DNA of 62,855 nt, counting the filler, from Phoronis australis (lineage: Eukaryota > Animalia > Phoronida): the NCBI GenBank assembly GCA_002633005.1. It is 7 parts of 7 records of this genome, joined end to end, with 100 filler letters (N's around TTAATTAATTAA, not from the genome) between each part and the next. Parts side by side here need not be neighbours in the genome. Positions count along the whole stretch, not along the records: positions 24,195 to 27,568 come from NMRA01003058.1; positions 27,669 to 52,553 come from NMRA01001354.1; 5 more parts are not named here. One strand, 5' to 3'. Below, one piece after another: positions 24,195-37,877 of the stretch (the first letter of the stretch is position 1; the number at the start of each line of letters is the position of its first letter). The position numbers and the translations under genes are program-made. Under the pieces are notes generated by a model. It worked only from the letters and a program-made list of their open reading frames with translations. It did no database searches and had not been told where the DNA came from.

Positions 24195-25481
24195 ACCAAG
24201 GCCAGCTACAAAGGGCTCCTTTAGTAGCTGGGGGAGACGCTCCAGAACACTGGGATTCGTTGATCCAACCTTTTTGGGGTGGATGCCCACTACAGCCTTC
24301 CAGCCATGTGGGAAACGGGAAGCCTCGACGTACTTCCAGTTTTCCACATCGCAGAAAACTGCAACCCCACCAACCAACCGCACAGGTTTCTGAGAAACCC
24401 GTGACAGCTGGGTGCTGAGCATCTGATCGATCGTCAGCATCCTAGTCTCAGTGATATGACGCTGAGCCCAGGATGCCGACAAGCGATCCAGATGAAAGTG
24501 GGCATCTATAGCTAAATCAGGAGGTGGTCCTGATTTAGCTTTGGACACGGACGACGAAGCCCCAGATGGACGTCGACCCTTTAGAGGCCGGCCAGGTGGC
24601 TTGCGGGCTTTAGCCGCATACGTCATCTGAGGGTACGGCGCACCAGCATCCCTCACCCCCTGTTGTGGCAGGGTGGCCTGATGCCTCCAATAAAGCAGAT
24701 GACCAGCCTGCTGGTGGAGGTTGTTCAGCCAAGCACTCTCTTGCTGCCGTTTAGCAGCAAGTGAAGGTTCAGCGGAACCAACTCCACTAGAAGAACTCGT
24801 GCTAGCGACAGCCACACCCGAGGATGTGGAGGCGCCGGCCAGTTCTCCTTGTCCCATCACGCCACCGCCCGAAGGAGATGGGGTCACGGAACTGGGTGGC
24901 ACCTGACTCAAAAGTCTTGCGCCACCCGACCACGTGTGTCTGGGCAGCACGGGCACTGCGCGCTGGCAAAAGGCGTGGATCCAGGCGGATAGAGCGTCAG
25001 CCGACAACCTTGACATCAAGACCAGGACAACATACCAGTGGCTGCAAGCTGCTGGGCTGTTGATCCTGGGATCAATCTCAAAGGATCCCGGGTGGGACCA
25101 TTCCATGGCACTACACATGAACCCCATAGACATCAGGTCTACGACGTGCATGTGTGGTAGCACAGGATAAGCCCCACATAAGAGATTACAGAGATCCAAA
25201 AGGTCCCTACAATCCCTTACCTCACGTTCTACTACCAACCTGTAAAGCACCGACAAGGCTTCAAATCTTATTCGGTGCAACGCAAGGTCGGCCAAGGTAA
25301 ACGCATCAGTTACCGTGAAGAGGGCCGGCAAATGGTGCGCATACGCATGGCGACGTAAAATCTCATCCTCTGTGTGGTCTCCAGAAACGTGGAAACCACA
25401 TAGAGGGCAAGAAACGACCTCGCCTAGTTGAGGAGGGGCAGAGTAAGCCTCCGTACCAGCCCTTGGGCGGGTGGATGACTT
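24195..25481 (-). CDS. Intronless C2H2-like zinc finger + TatD-family nuclease protein, incomplete at both ends
   Basis: The frame is open across the whole contig (429 codons). N-terminal CPLC-x16-HAYAHH lies upstream of the ORF-track start. C-terminal TatD motifs are IDAHFHLD, VGIHP and VAGLG (the expected E falls in the gap). Confidence 0.85.
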
Positions 25482-26507
25482 NNNNNNNNNNNNNNNNNNN
25501 NNNNNNNNNNNNNNNNNNNNNNNNNNNNNNNNNNNNNNNNNNNNNNNNNNNNNNNNNNNNNNNNNNNNNNNNNNNNNNNNNNNNNNNNNNNNNNNNNNNN
25601 NNNNNNNNNNNGTGATAATACTGAATCACACGTGGAAAACACCAAAATGTATTTTTAAAAAACACGTACCTGTTTTTGAAAGCTATACTTCTTTCTCTTT
25701 CTTGAAATGTGGCCCATAATGTACTTTTCCTGCTAACAAATGATGCACTCATGTTTCAGAATGTTCCTATCTTGTTCAGGTTAATTGGGTGTTTCAGATT
25801 TTGGAAGTGATTGATTTTCTTGGGAAATCTTGGATAACATCTGTATCACTTTCAGCAACTTCAGCTTTAGTACTACTGTTGGTGCCTTGAAACGTTGCTA
25901 TGCCGTTCTATGTCCTTTCAATTTTCTGGTCTGACACTTGGTATTCTAGTCTATAGCACTCAGCACTATACTGTGTAGGCTACCAGGGCATGCAGCTGTT
26001 TTCTGCACAAACGTTTGTGACACCTCTTCTTCTTTTTGATCTACTGATCTACAGAGTTCTACAGTCAATCAGCTTTCGTCAGGAAGCTTTCCTAAGCTTC
26101 TTTGGGCTCTGACATCACAATTTTGTGCTGTTTGATAAACCTTGAATTATACAGACATCACATTCCATGGGAGCAGCCATATTGAAGTAACTAAGCACAA
26201 CAATACAATCTGGCTCTCTGATTGGTCAATTCACTAGAAAAGCGCCATCAAGTGGCAGGAATATGCATCATATTTTGTGCAACAAAAACACCTTTTTTTA
26301 AAAAAATGTGCAAGTGTAGACGTGGGAACTTTTTGGAATTTGATTTTTAGTTTTATTATCTAGCCACATAGAAAAAACTAGGTTGCCCCCCCCAAAGTAC
26401 TCACAAGGGTGAACGCTATGAGATTTGGCCCACCGACTAATAGGCGCTTCATAGGCCGGAAGGTTTTCGGCAAAGTATGCCTCGCCCTGACGAAAACATC
26501 AATTCTA

Positions 26508-27060
26508 TGTAGAAAATTTCAGTGTCTCCGGTGCCGGTGGGACTTGAACCTGGAGAGTGTAGGTTACACGTGCGACGACCAAGCATCCATTCGGTCTAGA
26601 GAGTAGAGTAGAGGCAATTGCCACTTGGCAAGCTACTTAGAGAGGCTTTATCTGACTGTACGTGTCGTCACAACCGGAAGTCAAGTTTCCCAACACTACT
26701 CCCCTTCCGTGGAGCAGGCGCGTTCCCTGGCTTTTAAGTTTCAGCAACACCCTAGCGTCCTGGAATTTACTGTCAGCGACACTCTCTTTGTGCTCTGAAT
26801 CCATCACTACCAGGTTGCCCCCTCTCCATCTGCCCCTTTACATCTCGGGGTTAATCGTGGATTATTCCTTAGTTGGGCACCAATGTAGAAAATTTCAGTG
26901 TCTCCGATGGGACTTGAACCGAGGTTGCACGCGCGCACGACCAAGCGTCTAAACCATGCGGCCAAGAGACAGTTGCCTCTTGGCCGAATGGTTTAGATGG
27001 TTGACCGTCACTGGTACAACCTAGGTTCAAGTCCCACCAGAGACACTGAAAATTTCTACA
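26508..27060. mobile_element. Composite tRNA-derived repeat: tRNA-like(-), ~240-bp core, then head-to-head tRNA-like(-)/(+) palindrome
   Basis: TGTAGAAAATTTCAGTGTCTC at 26508 and 26884, with its reverse complement ending at 27060. A-box-like TGGCCGAATGG and B-box GGTTCAAGTCC motifs occur on both strands. Confidence 0.65.
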
Positions 27061-27072
27061 GCTCCGTTCTTA

Positions 27073-27266
27073 TTAATACCTTTTGCGCATAGAGGGACAC
27101 ATCGGGAGGCTGTCGATGTAATTTAATTCAGTCCAACTCTAAACAGATACTCCCGTTATCAAACTTTTTCTGTGAGCAGTCCCTCGTTCAGTTTCCAAAA
27201 TCGTTGGAAGGAATTACATACATCAACGGCCTCCTAAGGTGTCCCTTTGTGAGCAAAAGGTATTAA
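27073..27266. mobile_element. Short TTAA-flanked MITE
   Basis: TTAA|TACCTTTTGCGCATAGAGGGACAC ... GTGTCCCTTTGTGAGCAAAAGGTA|TTAA. Confidence 0.7.
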
Positions 27267-29756
27267 AAATTAATGTGACTTAGATGTTTTAGAAAAACTT
27301 CCGGTGTATGAAGTGCTTATAGGAGCTCCACCGTCCTACGTGCCAGTAGGTTGCTGTCTGGGTACTCGGTAGACTAGTAGGGTTATTAGGGTAGAGCCAA
27401 ATCTGGGCTGATAACCACCTTGCCAGTCAGCTAGCTGTATGAAGTCTTAGAGTCAAAATAGAGCTTTGGGTTATTGTTTACAATCCAACTCTGTACTTTC
27501 CCACCTGCGACTATGTACCACTGTGTGTTGAGTGCTGTTAGACCCCGAAATTTCACACAGCCCGGGTANNNNNNNNNNNNNNNNNNNNNNNNNNNNNNNN
27601 NNNNNNNNNNNNTTAATTAATTAANNNNNNNNNNNNNNNNNNNNNNNNNNNNNNNNNNNNNNNNNNNNCAATATTTTCCGGAGTGTATTATAAACGGTTA
27701 CACAGCAGAAAGCAAATAATAAATTCGCGAAATTATCCACGTCCACGTTAGTGTACTCTCTCCCTAACTTTGGGACTGCATCCGTGACAACGATAGCAGG
27801 CTCACAACCCGCGATTTCAGATCACTCACATCACTTTTTGTTTTCAGCCATGGGGGTTGAGCTGTAGCAGATTTTCGTGTACGTATGTCTTACGGGAAAG
27901 TTATTCAGCGACTTTTTATGATTATGAAATGTGTAAAAAGTGCAAACATATACAATGTCCTGTACAACTATTGTTTCAGGTCGTGAGTCGAGGGGTTGTG
28001 GGTCGTGGGCCGTGGTTGAGTGTCCAATGGGTCCTGGGGTGTGGGGGTTATGTACAATCCGCGCCAACATCATACATGTAGTTTCTGTATCAGACGAAAT
28101 AAAATCACATATACACGTACTGAAAACATCCTATTGATGAATATATTTCTGAGTGAAGCCTCACATTGATATCAAGTGTAAACCAATAGAAATCGTTAAG
28201 TGCAACATATAACTGAAAGTAAGGTTCAATCTTTGTCGATCAACAAATATGCTGTTCACTCAAACATACACGAATAGGTTTGATACAAGAGAAATATACC
28301 GTTACATTTACACGCAATGTTTTGACGTACTATATTCGATGAGTTTTGCTAGTTTTACTATTTTATTTCGTCGGTAAGTCCACGGAATTGTTACATCTAC
28401 ATGTATTTGATTTCTGTATTCGATGAGCGCGCCTGCGTGAAGTTCATTGACATTGCATTTCATTGTTCACACTATTGTCTAATCAAGGAATGTGTTTCAT
28501 AAACATCCGTAATTAAAACTGCACTGGACGAATGTTTTTCCAAAAAATATCTCTAAAACTGGTTTGAAGTAGCGAACATAAAGGCGCATCGTGACTTAAA
28601 ACTACAGAGTCCTCAAAGCTATGTCGAATATTTAGTGTGTATCTGAATATTTTTGTCTGCTTGTTATGGTTTACTTTTCATCCACAGATTTCAGTAGTGT
28701 TGTTGACAGTGATGAGCCTTGATATCTCAAAAGACTACGTTGTGCAGCACAGAGCATCTGTAAGTGAAATGATTTATTTTCAGGGGAATATTTTCGTAAC
28801 TATTGTTCTCCAAATTGTTCTGGTTTTTATTGTTCTGAATTACAAGTTGTTCGACGCATGGCTAATCTTTCATATCTTAACTACTTATATGGCAATCATA
28901 CATTTTAAATTAATGTCGGGAATTGTATTTAAATGACTGGGTAATTGGATACACGATTAAGTTAATCTTGGAGACCATTTCAGTTTCACGTCACACAACA
29001 TTTTTCAAAGCTACCCTTCATGGCACCTATCCAAACGCAAACTGTTTTTCCAGATTGAGCTATAGACCAGATTGATTTGCAAATTGGTTTAAACCACGAA
29101 GAGCTTTACCCAGACACTGATATGAACAATCTAAAGATGTAACCATATCATCTGCACATTGCACCAGTTTGCTTTCCACGGATCTTACCGGGATGCCCTA
29201 AACACTGCTGTCTAGTCTAAGAAGCCAACCCTTAAAATCTGCACATGGAATTAAAGGTGTGGTGATAACGAATAGTTTTGACTGCAACCACGGGCTATGT
29301 CGGAAACCTTAGAAGAGACACCGTTTGGTGGAACACGTGGCTTTGCCCTTGTGTTCAGTATATGGACCCATTTTTGAGTCGCCAAAACTAAAGACACTTA
29401 GAACTTTGTCATGCAATAAAAGGCCAAGGGAAGGAGTCAAACGTCTTTTCAAATTCCACCAGTGCAAGCATGCCGGTTTATTAAATTGTTTAGTAAACTG
29501 AATCAAATCATACGCCTGCCTTCTGCTATAGAGCGCTATGTGAGAAAACCCTTGTGGTAAGGGTGTATTAACTGTTGTACCACAGAAGGATCTCGTTCAA
29601 AAATATATGACGACTAAAGTTTTCAACTGATATTAAAGAGGTAAGAGTAAGGGTCCGGGCTATTCGAAAAAAGAAAAGCATAAAGAAATATTTAGAAAAT
29701 ATATGAAATAACGAGCACGCTACAACTGCCAGTGCTGTATTATCTTTTGGGACCAT

Positions 29757-32700
29757 CAGCAAACATCACGAATTTTTTTGTCCGACCGGCCGGAAATTGG
29801 TCAACGACCGGCCTTCGACCGGTCGTCTAGCCGACCAGCAGCCGACCAACAACGGTCGGCTAGTAGGCGTCTGCTGAGTCGCCTCTGTTGTCGGCACTTG
29901 GGTCGGCTAAGTGGTCGCCTTGCGTAGACGACCAATTCGGATTAAGCGTGTCCTTGGTCGGCAATTACTATTTTATGACTTAGCGGGTGAACTTTGGACA
30001 GACTTTGCAAACATTTAACTGTTCGCTGTTCGTTTACCAGTTTACCTGACGTCATCTCTTCTTGCGTAATTCTCTGCGTTTTGTAACGAAAGAACGTAAG
30101 TCGTCGTTTTGAAAAGAGTTCATTCATGACACGCGCCACTTTCAAAATGTTTTCGACATCTCCCATGAGATGGTGACAACATCTCAGCAAAATTTGTTCT
30201 AAAATTCGGTTCACTGATATCGAAATTCCAAAAAAAATATAATGAAGTGAAACCAATACTGATCATTTGTCGTGACGTTTACTTTACATCGAGGGAGAAC
30301 GTTTGATTGAAGAACCTGGGAAAAAGAAGCTGGCTAATAGGTGACGCAATATTTCATTGCGTCGAAGGTCGACGCAAAAGATCACACCATAATTTTAGCA
30401 GCAGGATAATTGTAGAAAACCAATTTTTACAACGCTGGTAAATAATTTAGATTACTCTAGGAAGATTGTATTCGGTCAGTTTTTACCCACAACGGCTCAA
30501 ATTTGTATATTTAAATTGTAAGAACACAATACTTGGTGTTTTGCGTATACTCCAAGGGGTAAAACTTTGAAAATAACAATTTTGGGGTAACCTGGCTCAT
30601 GTAATCCTAAATGAGTAGTCTTTGTTTTCATGTAGAGCGTAAAAATTATTAACCCGGTGATTCAAAAGGAACACTCTCACAAACGAAAACGCACACAATT
30701 TTCAGCTCTATTACCTTGGTTAATAAACAGCTTCTATAAGTTTATTGCATCGGATTCTAGTGATCACCATGGCAAGTCAAAACTCTTAAGGGGGCGGAAT
30801 TTCAAACCTTTGGCATGAATCATTAATATAAAGATGAAATTAGACCAAGTTTAATTCATCAGCAATGTAGACACAACAGTTATGGACACTGACTGCATAT
30901 GTTAACGTTTTGTGGCAATGATAAAAATAATTGTTTCTACTATGATTGATAACAAGTTTTGCTGTGATGAGGTATGATCGTGGGAGTACCTCTATTGCAG
31001 GCATGAATTAATATATATAGTTGTCAAGCCATAGAGGATAATAACGCTTACATAACATCACACTGAGCCATCTACACCAGCTATATACAAAGGATACAGT
31101 ATTTCAAAACAATCCACAACTACTCATTTTTCATAGTCATAACTAATCATTTTTCATAGTATTGCTAAATCACGAACACCTAGATTTATATAAGAAGTTA
31201 CACAGTACGCTGCTACACAACCTGCTCTCCCACATTTATGGGAGGCCTAATTTGCAACGTTTAACGACATATATTTTCTATGCAAGATTAAAACCAAGCA
31301 AAACATGTTAACTCTCCAGGACCAAAAATAAACATTTCAAAACCAGAAATTTTACTTAAGCAGGAATTAAAACAATCCAATACATTGAGATTGTTTTCAC
31401 ACAGATGACCAAAAAATAAATTAAGACCAAAATTCACCACGTCAAGACTAAAAAATTATCACATCAGCACCTATAATTTATCAAGTGAGGACCAATTCTT
31501 CAGTTCAGGATCAAAATAAAATACGACCGAACTGAAAATTTAAGAAGTCAGGTTCAAAAACTTACCACGTCAGTAACTTTACACGCCAGAATACCACGTC
31601 ACCATCCCCAAGCATTGATCCTTCAAAATGTCTTGTCTTTACTATGCGTATAAACAAGGGCTAAATGTTCAGCCTCTCGCCGACGAGCAATATTATGTTG
31701 GAAATGGGGTTGAATTTCTTTCGTCTAATCCACGTTTTACAATAGATGCCAATGTATAGGTACACACTGGATTGTCATCATTGCATAATGGGTGATCACC
31801 TAGTCTCCGGGCATGAAATAATATTCTCTCCTGGCGTGATAAGTTTTCTGTCTCAATAAATCCTTGTTGCCAATTATTTTTGATTCTACAGAGATTTCAA
31901 TTCCTGAATAGAAAATGTATGTTCTGGATTTTTTCGCTTCAGCTTTTCATTCAACTAACTAGTGCACAGCACAGTGTTTTTGCTATCCCGTGGCGGCTCC
32001 ACTGCAACGAATCACTTCTGGTACAACCTTCCTTAAATGACGTTCGTATTTTGCACATTTCTTCGGGATAAGAGTTTTCCAAGAGCTATATATTCATTGA
32101 ACAAGTTTCTGTTTGGTATTCAGTTTTATTTTCTTTCTCAAGTAGTCCTTGAGCTCATGCTCTGAATGTTTTGAAAACGCAACTCTTAATTTCTTTACGC
32201 AGATACCGTTTTCTGCCCGTGGACACCGACTCGCTGAATTCATCCACCAATCATTTATTTTTGAGAATGGCCTCAAAAGTGTACTTTTTTAAAACACCGT
32301 GTTGACCATAGTCTTTAGTGTCGAAAAGCGAAAAGAACAAATTTGTACACACTGCTCAAAGGACTTTTGTGGAAACGCCAATCTTACAACGCTTGGCATT
32401 TCTGATAAATCGTTCTCATGCTGGAAACTTTTTTAAGACTGAGCACCGTTTCAAAAATTGTATTTCTTCCCGTTCACAATTGTTTTATTTTACACAATTT
32501 GTCAATATGTTGTTGACAGAAAATATTTATTTTTGAACAACGTGAACGACCAACTGATAGGGGCCTACAGCACACATCACGAATTTTTGGCCGACCGGTC
32601 GGAAATTGGTCGACGACCGGCCGTCGACCGGTCGGCAAATTAGCCGACCGGTCGGCTAAAAATTAGCCGACCGGCAGCCGCCCGCAGTGCCGACTCATAA

Positions 32701-35700
32701 GGCGACCCCACAGCCGACCCTTCAGCCGACCCTTTAGCCGACCGGCCATCAGACGACCAGCTGGTCGGCTGCTATTGTTAGGCTAGAGTAGCAGTTGCGT
32801 AATAGGTTGTCAGGCTCATACCACTTTGCGTGTCGATGCATATTCGTCTTAGCACAGGGTCAAATAAATTAACNNNNNNNNNNNNNNNNNNNNNNNNNNN
32901 NNNNNNNNNNNNNNNNNNNNNNNNNNNNNNNNNNNNNNNNNNNNNNNNNNNNNNNNNNNNNNNNNNNNNNNNNNNNNNNNNNNNNNNNNNNNNNNNNNNN
33001 NNNNNNNNNNNNNNNNNNNNNNNNNNNNNNNNNNNNNNNNNNNNNNNNNNNNNNNNNNNNNNNNNNNNNNNNNNNNNNNNNNNNNNNNNNNNNNNNNNNN
33101 NNNNNNNNNNNNNNNNNNNNNNNNNNNNNNNNNNNNNNNNNNNNNNNNNNNNNNNNNNNNNNNNNNNNNNNNNNNNNNNNNNNNNNNNNNNNNNNNNNNN
33201 NNNNNNNNNNNNNNNNNNNNNNNNNNNNNNNNNNNNNNNNNNNNNNNNNNNNNNNNNNNNNNNNNNNNNNNNNNNNNNNNNNNNNNNNNNNNNNNNNNNN
33301 NNNNNNNNNNNNNNNNNNNNNNNNNNNNNNNNNNNNNNNNNNNNNNNNNNNNNNNNNNNNNNNNNNNNNNNNNNNNNNNNNNNNNNNNNNNNNNNNNNNN
33401 NNNNNNAAAAATGATAGAAAATACATCAAGGTGCACTTTTGAGAAGCAAAGCGTCTGGTGATATTTATAGCGTATGATCTGGCCACCTCAGGTAGTAAGT
33501 GACGCTGAATGAGAAGTGGCAACTACATGTTTGGCTTGTAACGCCACCCCTCCCCGAGTTTTGCCAATTCTAATCAGTCACCACTCGAGATTTGGTTCCG
33601 TTTCATTCATAAAATCACAAAATAATTCTTCTGTGCTCAGCTGTAAGAAAAAATACAATTTTTTGAAATGGTGCTCAGTCTTAAAAACGTTTCCATTATG
33701 AGAACGCTTTGTCAGAAATGCCAAGCACATGCAGCGTTGTAAGACAGAGACGTTGGCGTTTCCGTATGTCCACAAAAGTGCTTTGAGCAGTATTTAAAAA
33801 TTTGTTCATTTCGCTTTTCTACAATGACGACTATGGTCAAAACGGTGTTTTATAAAAGTACACTTTTGACGGCATTTTCAAACAAATATTTTGGTTGATG
33901 AATTCACCGAGTCGGTGCCACGGGCAGAAAACGTATCTGCGTAAAGAAAGAGTTGCGTTTTCAAAACATTCAGAGCATGAGCTCAAGGCAGTGGCAGATC
34001 TACGATTTCAGTAAGGGGGGGTTAGGATTCGAGAGAATCCGAGGAGCGTAGCGCTGAGGAGAAGGAAGGTCGCGAGAGGGTTTCCCTCCTCCCGTGTAAG
34101 ATTTTTTGGGATTTCTAGTAGCTAATTTCGTTTTCCTGGCGATCATGCCCGGAGACTACGTGGTCACCCATTATGCAATGATGGCAATCCAGTGAGTACC
34201 TATAGATTGGCATCTATTATAAAACGTGGATTAGACGAAAGAAATTCAACCGCATTTCCAAGATAATATGTCTTGTCGGCAAGAGGTTTAACATTTAGCC
34301 CTTGTTTATACGTATAGTACGAACATTATCACTTTGAAGGATCAATGCTTGGGGATGGTGACGGGGTGTTCTGGCGTGTAAAGTTACTGACGTGGTAAGT
34401 TTTTGAACGTGGCTTATTAAATTTTCAGTTCGGTCGTATTTTATTTTGATTCTGAAGTGAAGAATTTTTGGTCCTCACTTGATAAATTATAGGTGCTGAT
34501 GTGATAAATTTGTCAATCTTGACGTGGTGAATTTTAGTCTTTATTTGTTTTTTTTTGGTCTTCCGGTGAAAACAATCTCAATGTATTGGATTGTTTTAAT
34601 TCCTGCTTAAGTAAAATTTCTGGTTTTGAGATATTTATCTTTGGTCCTGGAGAGTTAACATGTTTTGCTTGGTTTTAATCTTGTATAGAAAATATATTTT
34701 GTTAAATGTTGCAAATTAGGCCTCCCATAAATGGGAGAGAGCAAGTTGTGTAGCAGCGTTCTGTGTAACTTCTTATATAAATCTAGGTGTTCGTGATTTA
34801 GTAATACTATGAAAAATGGGTAGTTATGACTATGAAAAATGAGTAGTTGTGGATTCTTTTGAAATACTGTATCCTTTGTATATGCCTGGTGTAGATGGCT
34901 CAGTGTGATATTATGTAAGCCTTATTATCCTCTATGGCTTAACAACTATATATCTTCATTCATGCCTAGAGGTACTCCCAGGATCATCAAGCATGTGTGT
35001 GTATGTTTTTAGTCTAATGAGGCGTGCTTCGAATGTACAATTAGTAATCATACTTTTACAGTGGTTCATATCAAACGGATTCATTAAATCCAGTAAATAT
35101 TTTTGCAACTGCCGATCTGCATATTAGACATGTATATTGCATCATACCTCATCAGAGTAAAACTTGTTATCAATCATAGTAGAAACATTTATTTTTATCA
35201 TTGCCACAAGACGTTAACAAACGCAGTCAGTGTCTGTAACTGTTGTGTCTACATTGCTGATGAATTAAAGTCGGTCCAATTCCGTTTTTATATCACTGAT
35301 TCATGCCAAAGGCTTGAAATTGCGCCCCCTTAAGAGTTTTGACTTGCCCTGGTGATCACTAGAATCCGATGCAATAAACTTATAGAAGTTGCTTTTTAAC
35401 CAGGGTAATAGAGCTGAAAATTTTGTGCGTTTTCGTTTGCGAGAGTGTTCTTTTTGAATCACTGGGTTAATAATTTTTACGCTCTACATGAAAACACAGA
35501 CAAGTTTTTTAGGATTACCTGCACCAGGTTACCCCGCAAATATTATTTTCAAAGTTTTACTCCCTGGAGTATACGCGAAACACCAATAATTGTGTTCTTA
35601 CGCCAAAGGGCTCGGAAGGCTCTAGCCTTGGTGCAAATGTGTTTAAAAAATTAAATATACAAATTTGCGCCGTTGTGGGTAAAAACTGACCGAATAAAAT

Positions 35701-37877
35701 CTTCCTAGAATAATCTAAATTATTTACCAGCGTTGCAAAATTTGGTTTTCTACAATTATTCTGCTGCTAAAATTAGGGTATAACCTTTTGCGTCGACTTT
35801 CGACGCAATGAATCAAAATATTGCGTCACTTATTAGTCAGTTTCTTTTTCCCAGATTCTTCAATCAAACGTTCTCCCTCGAGGTTGCGTAAACGTCAATA
35901 CAAATGATCAGCTTTTCGACGAGGTGACAAGCGTACATGTAACTATCCGGGCTGTGTGAAATTTCGAGGTCTGTTTGAGCTCAATACGCAGTGGCACCTT
36001 GCTGTATTTTGAAAATAGTCTTCACAGATAACTGGCTAGATAGGAAGGCTCTAGCTTAGAAATTTTTTTACTGCGAAAGTGACAACAATTTCAGAATGAT
36101 GATGGATGATGGATTACACTATAAACCGATCACAGTCTTCCGTTTTCATGCGCCCATGATTTAATATCGGCGCTATGTTCAAACCATTGGTTATATTGTT
36201 CCTAATATAAACTTGGGTTCTATTGCTGTACCAACATATTAAGAAATTATACAGAAATAAACAATAATTATCTGTGGTAAAGCGCAAAATACAGCGTGAT
36301 GAAGTGATGATCAAGAGCAATAACGGATGAGCGCAAATGCGTGCTGCTTGTTGAGCAATCCGCGGCATGAAAACATTTGAGGTCGTAAAATATCCAGTGT
36401 TGTATTCTGATTTTTTATGCAATTTTGCTGTAAATTTCAAATTTCGTGTTTGTTTTTATGCATAATGCACTGCATAAAAAGTGAAATCTAAAGTTAGAAA
36501 TTATTTTTCCGCTATATCACTTAACGTTTGATTTTACCACGCTGTCATTAATTCAACATAAGGTTTTCGGCTTGTGTAAGGCCACGCACTTCGTATTTTT
36601 AGGTTGATTCGATTTTACCTCCATTTAATAGTTGAACAAAATTTGATAAACCGATGTCAAGAACGGAGTTAACACTGGTAAACGAATAGCGAACAGTTAA
36701 ATGTTTGTTTGTCCAAAGTTCACCCGCTAAGTCATAAAATGGTAATTGCCGACCAAGGACACGCTTAATCCGAATTGGTCGTCTACGCTAGGCGACCAAG
36801 TAGCCGACCCAAGTGCCGACCACAGAGGCGACTACGCAGACGGCTCCTAGCCGACCGTTGTTGGTCGGCTGCTGGTCGGCTAGACGACCGGTCGACGGCC
36901 GGTCGTCGACCAATTTCCGACCGGTCGGCCAAAAATTCGTGATGTGTGCTGTACGTGTACATGTAACTAGCCCAGATTTTAACGTCACCAATACACGAAA
37001 ACAGTATTTGCAAAGCTAAAATTGGCTGTAGCCTCAACAGTGGTCATTTCGTGTTTCACGTCACCGTCTTAGTACGTGGAAATCGTAACCATAGTGTGAT
37101 TTCGAAGTTAGAGCCATCAAAATTCGTGCGTTTAGGGTACACTTGACCGTGAATTACGCGTCTGTACTGCAAGGGTCAATACTATGAAAATAAAATCACC
37201 GGAGTGAGAACTCTTGGCGGTATAACAACTCACTCACTAATCCATCATCATGGGCGCGTGATAGGAGACCGGTGAATAACTTAAAAAAACGCAAAAATGA
37301 TGCAGTTTGGCATTACACAAACAGAATAAATTGTGGGCGGAGACTGCGAAAAATAGCAGCGTTTACAAAATGCCTACAGCGTTGTATTGACCGGGAAGCA
37401 ACCAATCTAATACAACTTGTTAAGGTCACGAGTCAAATTAAAGATCATACGTAGAGAAAACGTTCACGTATTTCATCCAAAACTTGTTGCATTGTCCATA
37501 ATCCAATGTTTACTATTGCCGCTTGATCTCAACCTTCGAATTAGTGGTGATACACCGACGTGAACTCATGTAACCGAGACAGTAAAACTAGGTTAATTTA
37601 CTTGACCCTGTGCTAAGACGAATATGCATCGACACGCAAAGTGGTATGAGCCTGACAACATATTACGCAACTGCTACTCTATCCTAAAAAAGCAGCCGAC
37701 CGGCCGACTGAAGGGTCGGCTGAAGGGTCGGCTTAGGAGTCGCCTTATGAGTCGGCACTGCGGGCGGCTGCCGGTCGGCTAATTTTTAGCTGACCGGTCG
37801 GCTAATTTTCCGACCGGTCGACGGCCAGTCGTCGACCAATTTCCGACCGGGCGGACAAAAATTCGTGATGTGTGCTG
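29757..37877 (+). mobile_element. Outer copy of the 'CAGCACACATCAC' TIR transposon, interrupted by a nested copy
   Basis: Left end CAGCAAACATCACGAATTTT, right end AAAATTCGTGATGTGTGCTG, with subterminal GCCGAC arrays. No coding capacity was recognised. Confidence 0.8.
32568..36951 (-). mobile_element. Inner, inverted copy of the same TIR family (TA flanks)
   Basis: TA|CAGCACACATCAC ... GTGATGTGTGCTG|TA. 32568-32873 is the reverse complement of ~37590-37877, and ~33650-36951 is the reverse complement of the outer left arm. Confidence 0.85.
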
